64,000 bases of DNA from the NCBI RefSeq assembly GCF_001194135.2, contig NC_068988.1, positions 14,994,107-15,058,106 of the forward strand, written 5' to 3'. The stretch's first letter is position 1, and each line of letters opens with the position of its first letter. This DNA is from Octopus bimaculoides (taxonomy: Eukaryota). A model generated the notes under the pieces. The model was not told the origin of the DNA. It worked only from the letters and a program-made list of their open reading frames with translations, and made no database searches. A program made the translations under genes and the position numbers. Of this stretch, positions 59,401 through 64,000 are shown piece after piece.

Positions 59401-61015
59401 CATACTGAGCAAAGCCAACTTCTCAGATGGCAGAGTTCTGTCTTCTTTTTTTACAAATTAATATTTTGCTAGCTTTAATTTGAGGCCTCTTACATCCACG
59501 TTATATTTCCAAGCTCAAAATTTCTTCTTTCATAGATTTAGTTATGAAAACTAGATCATAAGTATTCAAGACCTCCACACATACACAGGCTATCAGTTTA
59601 AAAGCAAAATACAAATAAAACACATACATACCCATATTGAAAAAGTTTTTTAAAACACTCCCTATGAAAGAAAAAAAAGAAAGATTATATAGATAAATTG
59701 TTTATGAAGTAGTGAATAAATGTATTTTTCAATATTTTGTTAACATATAGAATTTATAAACATTTTATAATAGTTGCAGCATGGAAGGTGTTTAAAAACA
59801 CACAAGCCATTTAAAAACACACAAAACCTGTTAGATTTACTTCAACATTTAAATTTAATTTCTCAAAATATTTTCGTCACTTTGAGACTGTGACCTGTTC
59901 ACTGACTAAATTCCATGCAGTATGGAATTTTATCAGTGAACAGGTCGCGGTCTCAAAGCGACAAAAATATTTGGACAAATGAAATTTAAATGTTGAAGTG
60001 AATCTAATGGTTTTTGTGTGTTTTTAAATGGCTTTATAAACATCTTCCACGCTGCAATTTTTTTTGTTTCAGCACACGCTCTCAGATCAGGTCACTTGCT
60101 ATGCAAGTTCATCTCCATAATTATAATAGTTGGTTGTAGGAATACAAACCTATGATGCTAAGGAATTAAAAGATAGTGAAAAGATGCACTGTCATCGGCC
60201 ACTTCAGCGATTTTGATTTTGATTTCACTTGCATCAATAGGTCTTTGCAAGCAAAGTTCATTGTCCAATGAATGAGGGATATGAATGAGGGGTCAGAAAT
60301 GTCAGAAGCAAAAGTTTTCTCCAACTTACTCGTGAATCATATGCCGACACTTAGGGATCCTTGAAGGTTTTCTGGAAGTATGCAGATTCTGAAGACAAAC
60401 TGGGCATTCATTGTGAGATATTTTTTCTAAACACTAAAAAAAAAAAGAAAGAAAGAAAAAAAGATGAACTATTTAAGATTTTCTTCACATAAAGAAATAG
60501 AAACTTTATTTCACTTTCATTTTTATTTTGTCATCATTCTATTCTGCAATTTGAAGAAGTTAACAATAAGCTATATCGAAGCGAAGTTCTTTTATGACAA
60601 TGATGTACAGAAAGCGAGAAGGAAATATAAATTATCTAATATATGAAATAGACATGTGTGTGTGTATTCACTTTCCACGTAAAAACGGCTTCACCAATTA
60701 CTTCCATACTTGTGATGCATGAATAATTTGACCTTGGACATATAATAGGGTCTTTATATTTATGATTCACTTCTTTAAAAAGGTTTCCTCAATGTCAACT
60801 TCCAGTATTGACGTAAAAATGGCAAAGTCTCTCACTCTCTATTTTAATGTTTGATATTTGTAAACAACTACAATTAATTACTGAAAGAAATATTTACGAA
60901 GTTCACAAACTTAAATATTCGGTACAAGATAATTTTTAACGTGCTTTTATTTATACGATTTTTTTTTCATTTGATGTTTATCTCATTCATTATTTGCAAT
61001 GTTCTCTCTCTCTCA

Positions 61016-61070
<55 letters not shown>

Positions 61071-61784
61071 GGTTTGATTTTGTTCTGAACTCACACATTG
61101 CATTAATTTCCATAAAAAACTTTTATCTATTTTCTTTTCACACGTCGTGTTCAGCTCTATGTATTTGTAGTCAGTCACACACGCACACGTGTGTGTTTCT
61201 ATGTACATTTGTATACATTTATGTGTGTGTATGTGTTCTTCTCAAGAAATGATTAAATCTTTTTTTTAGTACAGAGAAATCAATAAACTTAGCCTCCAAA
61301 GACTTAAATGTTAGAAAAGCAAGTAATTTCAAGAAAAACTACCAAGTAAAAATTGCAGAGAAAATTAATTTTTAACAAAAGATTATTCACCTCGTGCGTG
61401 TCTTTCATAGACAACAAAAGGCACACATCACATTTTTCACAATGAAAATAGTTTTCTCGTCCACCAACCCTATAACACAAAAATAGAAAAATAAATTAAA
61501 TAAATAATTTTTATGCAAATTTAATAACACATTTTATTCTTGTTTCTTAAAAAAGTGATTAAATTTTTTTTAGTGCAGAAAAATCAATAAACTTAGGTTC
61601 CAAAAAGTTAAGGCACTGGCATGGCTATGAGGTAAGAAGTTTGCTTCTCAACCATATGATTCTGGGTTCAGTCTCACTATGTGGCATCTTGGGCTTGAGG
61701 AAGTGTTGTCTACTATAGCATCAGGTTGATCAAAGCCTTGTGAGTGGATTTGGTTGATGGAAACTGAAAAAAGCCCATCATATA

Positions 61785-61822
<38 letters not shown>

Positions 61823-64000
61823 CATATATATATATTTATTTATTGGGTTGGCAACTAAGTTCCCAACGTTTTTTTTAATTTTGGAATTTATTTTTTTTGA
61901 GAATTCTATTTTTGAATCATTTTGGAATCTATTTTGTATTTTTCTAGTTAATTTTAGTTAATGTTTATTTATTTTCAGATCATTAAAATGGAATGTCAAG
62001 TTAAGAAAAATGAGCATTTTCGACACCTCCTTCTTTTTGTTTTTAATCAAGGTTCTAAGGCCGCAAAAGCTGCTCGTGGCATTTATGCTGTGTATGGAGA
62101 CGGTGCCATAGCTGAAAGAACTGCTCGTGATTGGTATGCCAAGTTCAAAAGTGGAAATTTTGACCCCAAAGTCGCACCTCGTACTGGCCGTCCAGTTAAG
62201 TTCGATGAAGAGCGATTAAACCAACTTTTACACGAAAATTCTCGTCAAACATCAAAGGAACTGACAGAGAAAATGGAATGCTCCCACGCTGCTATAGAGA
62301 AGCATCTTCACTCGATGGGAAAGGTTCAGAAGTATGGAACTTGGATTCCGCATGCTTTAAGTGACAACAACAAAAATCAACGAGCCACAATCTCCGCTGG
62401 TTTGCTTGCTCCTCACCACTCAACTCATGGACACAAGCAACGATATCTTTACTGAATCGTTACTGGTGACGAAAAATGGTGCCTGTGCATCAATATGAAG
62501 CAGCGTAAGGAATGGCTTAGCCCCAGTAAACAAGAGGCACCACGCGTGAAACAAGATCTTCATCCATGTAAAATGATGTGAGTGTGGTGGGACTGGGAAA
62601 GGATTATCCATTATGTATTGCTTGAACGAAACCAAACGGTCAACGCGGAACTCTATGTTCAACAGATGGAATGACTCAACATGGCTATTCAAGAGAAAAG
62701 ACCTAATCGGCAACATGGAGTTCTTCTGCTGCACAACAACGCCCGCCCTCATATAGCCAATATGACCATCTGCTTTAACATTGTTTCTATGGCAGAATGC
62801 CCTTCCTGATATCAATGACTAATATCATAATCAGTTTTTTTAATTGGTGTAAGAGACAACTCCAAATATGTTTTGGTTAAATAATTATTGTAACCTCATC
62901 AACAGAGCAAACACTTCACTATAGGTGCAGGCACGGCTGTGTGGTAAGACGCTTGCTTCATAACCACATGATTCTGGGTTTAGTCTCATTGTGTGGCACC
63001 TTGGGCCAACCAAAGATTTGTGAGTGAATTTGGTAGGTGGAAACTAGAGGAAGCCTGTCATATATATATCTGTGTGTTTTTGCATCTGTTCCCCACCACT
63101 GATTGACAGCTGGTGTTGATGTTTACATCCTCATAACTTAGTGATTCGACAGAAAGGACCAATAGAAAAAAAATGAAGAATTGGTGTTGATTCAGAATGG
63201 CCACAATCTAATGACTGAAGTAAGTCAAAGATAAAAGATACTTTCCAAAGTAGTGGAAGAGACTCAGTAAAGACTGAACACTAATTGGCATAGCAATACA
63301 GAATTGTACAAAACAATTCTAGGAAAATTTCAACAATGAGGTTTCATATACAGGACCACCAAAAGTCAATTTCAACTAAATGATTTAACTTAACTTAGAT
63401 AATTGGGCAAGAAAGACAAAGAGAAATGATTTTATGACACAGTTCTATATTTAAGAGATGAGGAATTATGTACATTATTTACATTATTTACATTTGAAGG
63501 ATATTTGTCCTCATCTTGTTTGTTGTTAACACAACATTTCGGCTGATATACCCTCTAGCCTTCATCAGATGTCTTGGGAAAATTTCGAACCTGGGTTCTC
63601 ATTCCTAAGGTATTTTTCATCGTCGTCGTCATCGTCGTTATTGTTATTATTATTATTATCATTATTCAGGTCACTGCCTGGAATCGAACTCGGAATCTTG
63701 GGGTTAGTAGGCCACGCTCTTAACTACTATGCCATATGCCCATGACCTGAATAATAACAACAACAACATCAAAAAATACCTTAGGAATGAGAAGCCAGGT
63801 TTGAAATTTCCTCCAAGACACCTGATGAAGGCTGGAGGGTATATCAGCCGAAACGTTGTGTTAGCAACAAACAAGATGAGGACAAATATCAGTCAAATGT
63901 AAACAATGTAAATAATGATTTTATGACTTTCTAAAAAAAAAATTTTCATCTCACCGACAGAGTCTGCAACCATCACAGTGAAATTGTTTTAGGTCATTGC
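55648..64000 (-). CDS. RCHY1: RING finger and CHY zinc finger domain-containing protein 1 (Pirh2), 3' part; 5' exons lie beyond the window
   Basis: complement(join(55648..55719,58042..58186,59632..59661,60330..60433,61391..61469,63955..>64000)). Translation NDLKQFHCDGCRLCRVGGRENYFHCEKCDVCLLLSMKDTHECLEKISHNECPVCLQNLHTSRKPSRIPKCRHMIHEECFKKLFQYGHFACPICGTS...ILCRDCHKQNVVDLHFLGLKCPDCGSYNTCQ*. This gives the CTCHY, RING-H2 and C-terminal zinc ribbon of Pirh2. Confidence 0.95.
55763..56466 (+). mobile_element. Mariner-derived MITE split by an RTE-tail and (GA)n insertion
   Basis: Left part 55763-55901 and right part 56420-56466 together match the 35161 MITE. Confidence 0.7.
56850..57170 (-). mobile_element. 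SINE with a different tRNA head but the family-B alternative tail
   Basis: Head TGAAGGCATGTGGCTTAGTGGTTAGGGTATTC; tail GTTCCAGTTGATACAATCAACCGAATAGCC...GGCCCTTTGAATTACAGG is homologous to 29702. Confidence 0.7.
58042..58186 (-). CDS. RCHY1: RCHY1 penultimate exon
   Basis: HFACPICGTSMTNMSQIWKMKDEEVKHTEMPQDYKEIKTNILCRDCHK. Confidence 0.95.
59632..59661 (-). CDS. RCHY1: RCHY1 30-nt micro-exon (inside RING)
   Basis: tctttcatag|G GAG TGT TTT AAA AAA CTT TTT CAA TAT GG|gtatgt = ECFKKLFQY. Phase 2/2, and it supplies the RING Cys that is otherwise missing. Confidence 0.9.
59774..60057. repeat. Foldback element, about 140-bp arms with a 5-nt loop
   Basis: TTGCAGCATGGAAG...AAATTCCAT-gcagt-ATGGAATTT...CTTCCACGCTGCAA; imperfect arms. 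Confidence 0.85.
60330..60433 (-). CDS. RCHY1: RCHY1 internal exon (RING N-terminal half)
   Basis: CLEKISHNECPVCLQNLHTSRKPSRIPKCRHMIH. Confidence 0.95.
61391..61469 (-). CDS. RCHY1: RCHY1 internal exon
   Basis: VGGRENYFHCEKCDVCLLLSMKDTHE. Confidence 0.94.
61843..62768 (+). pseudogene. Mariner transposase pseudogene (5' TIR present, 3' truncated)
   Basis: TA|TTGGGTTGGCAACTAAGTTCCC TIR; ATG at 61988; HTH region (GSKAAKAARGIYAVYGDGAIAERTARDWYAKFKSGNFD); IVTGDEKW, VWWDWE and LLHNNARPH motifs. In-frame stops at 62453, 62579 and 62672. Confidence 0.9.
62926..63240 (+). mobile_element. SINE family A copy (old)
   Basis: Degenerate match to family A. Confidence 0.65.
63528..63573 (-). ncRNA. Hammerhead motif, degenerate copy
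   Basis: GACAT-CTGATGA-A-GGCTA-gagggtatat-CAGCC-GAAA-TGTT-GTGTT; substitutions in stems I, II and III. Confidence 0.65.
63817..63862 (+). ncRNA. Minimal type I hammerhead ribozyme motif (Penelope type), intact core
   Basis: GACAC-CTGATGA-A-GGCTG-gagggtatat-CAGCC-GAAA-CGTT-GTGTT. Stem I GACAC/GTGTT, stem II GGCTG/CAGCC, loopless palindromic stem III (AACGTT), GUU cleavage triplet. Confidence 0.8.
63955..64000 (-). CDS. RCHY1: RCHY1 internal exon (truncated by window edge)
   Basis: NDLKQFHCDGCRLC; donor GTGAGA at 63954. Confidence 0.88.

Larger units (their letters stand above)
63471..63915. mobile_element. Head-to-head pair of hammerhead SINEs (full minus copy 63471-63741 plus headless plus copy 63743-63915)
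   Basis: The two bodies are reverse complements with the tRNA head between them. A 14-bp direct repeat AATGATTTTATGAC occurs at 63425-63438 and 63914-63927. Confidence 0.8.

Overview
Repeat-rich animal genomic DNA, very probably an octopus scaffold (inferred from the SINE/RTE repeat types, GAT/AAT/TA microsatellites and N gaps). I assembled four intron-split genes by hand, all with GT-AG boundaries and consistent phases. EIF2B2 (minus, 13 coding exons, 26496->3816, 356 aa) sits head-to-head with SETD9 (plus, 6 exons, 27276->36165, 295 aa). SETD9 converges tail-to-tail with TXNDC12/ERp18 (minus, 7 exons, 51158->37185, 159 aa, CGAC site, GEEL end). The 3' part of RCHY1/Pirh2 follows (minus, 6 exons visible, running off the right edge, including a 30-nt RING micro-exon). 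Introns hold several tRNA-headed SINE families, RTE LINE pieces, piggyBac-, hAT- and mariner-type MITEs, a dead mariner, a Merlin-like transposase relic and a HERO-like retroelement relic. The most unusual element is a tRNA-headed SINE whose 3' tail carries a Penelope-type minimal hammerhead ribozyme (four copies, including an inverted pair beside an RCHY1 splice donor). Long foldback insertions also lie next to splice sites of SETD9 and RCHY1. Family assignments rest on recalled consensus sequences, not on database searches.
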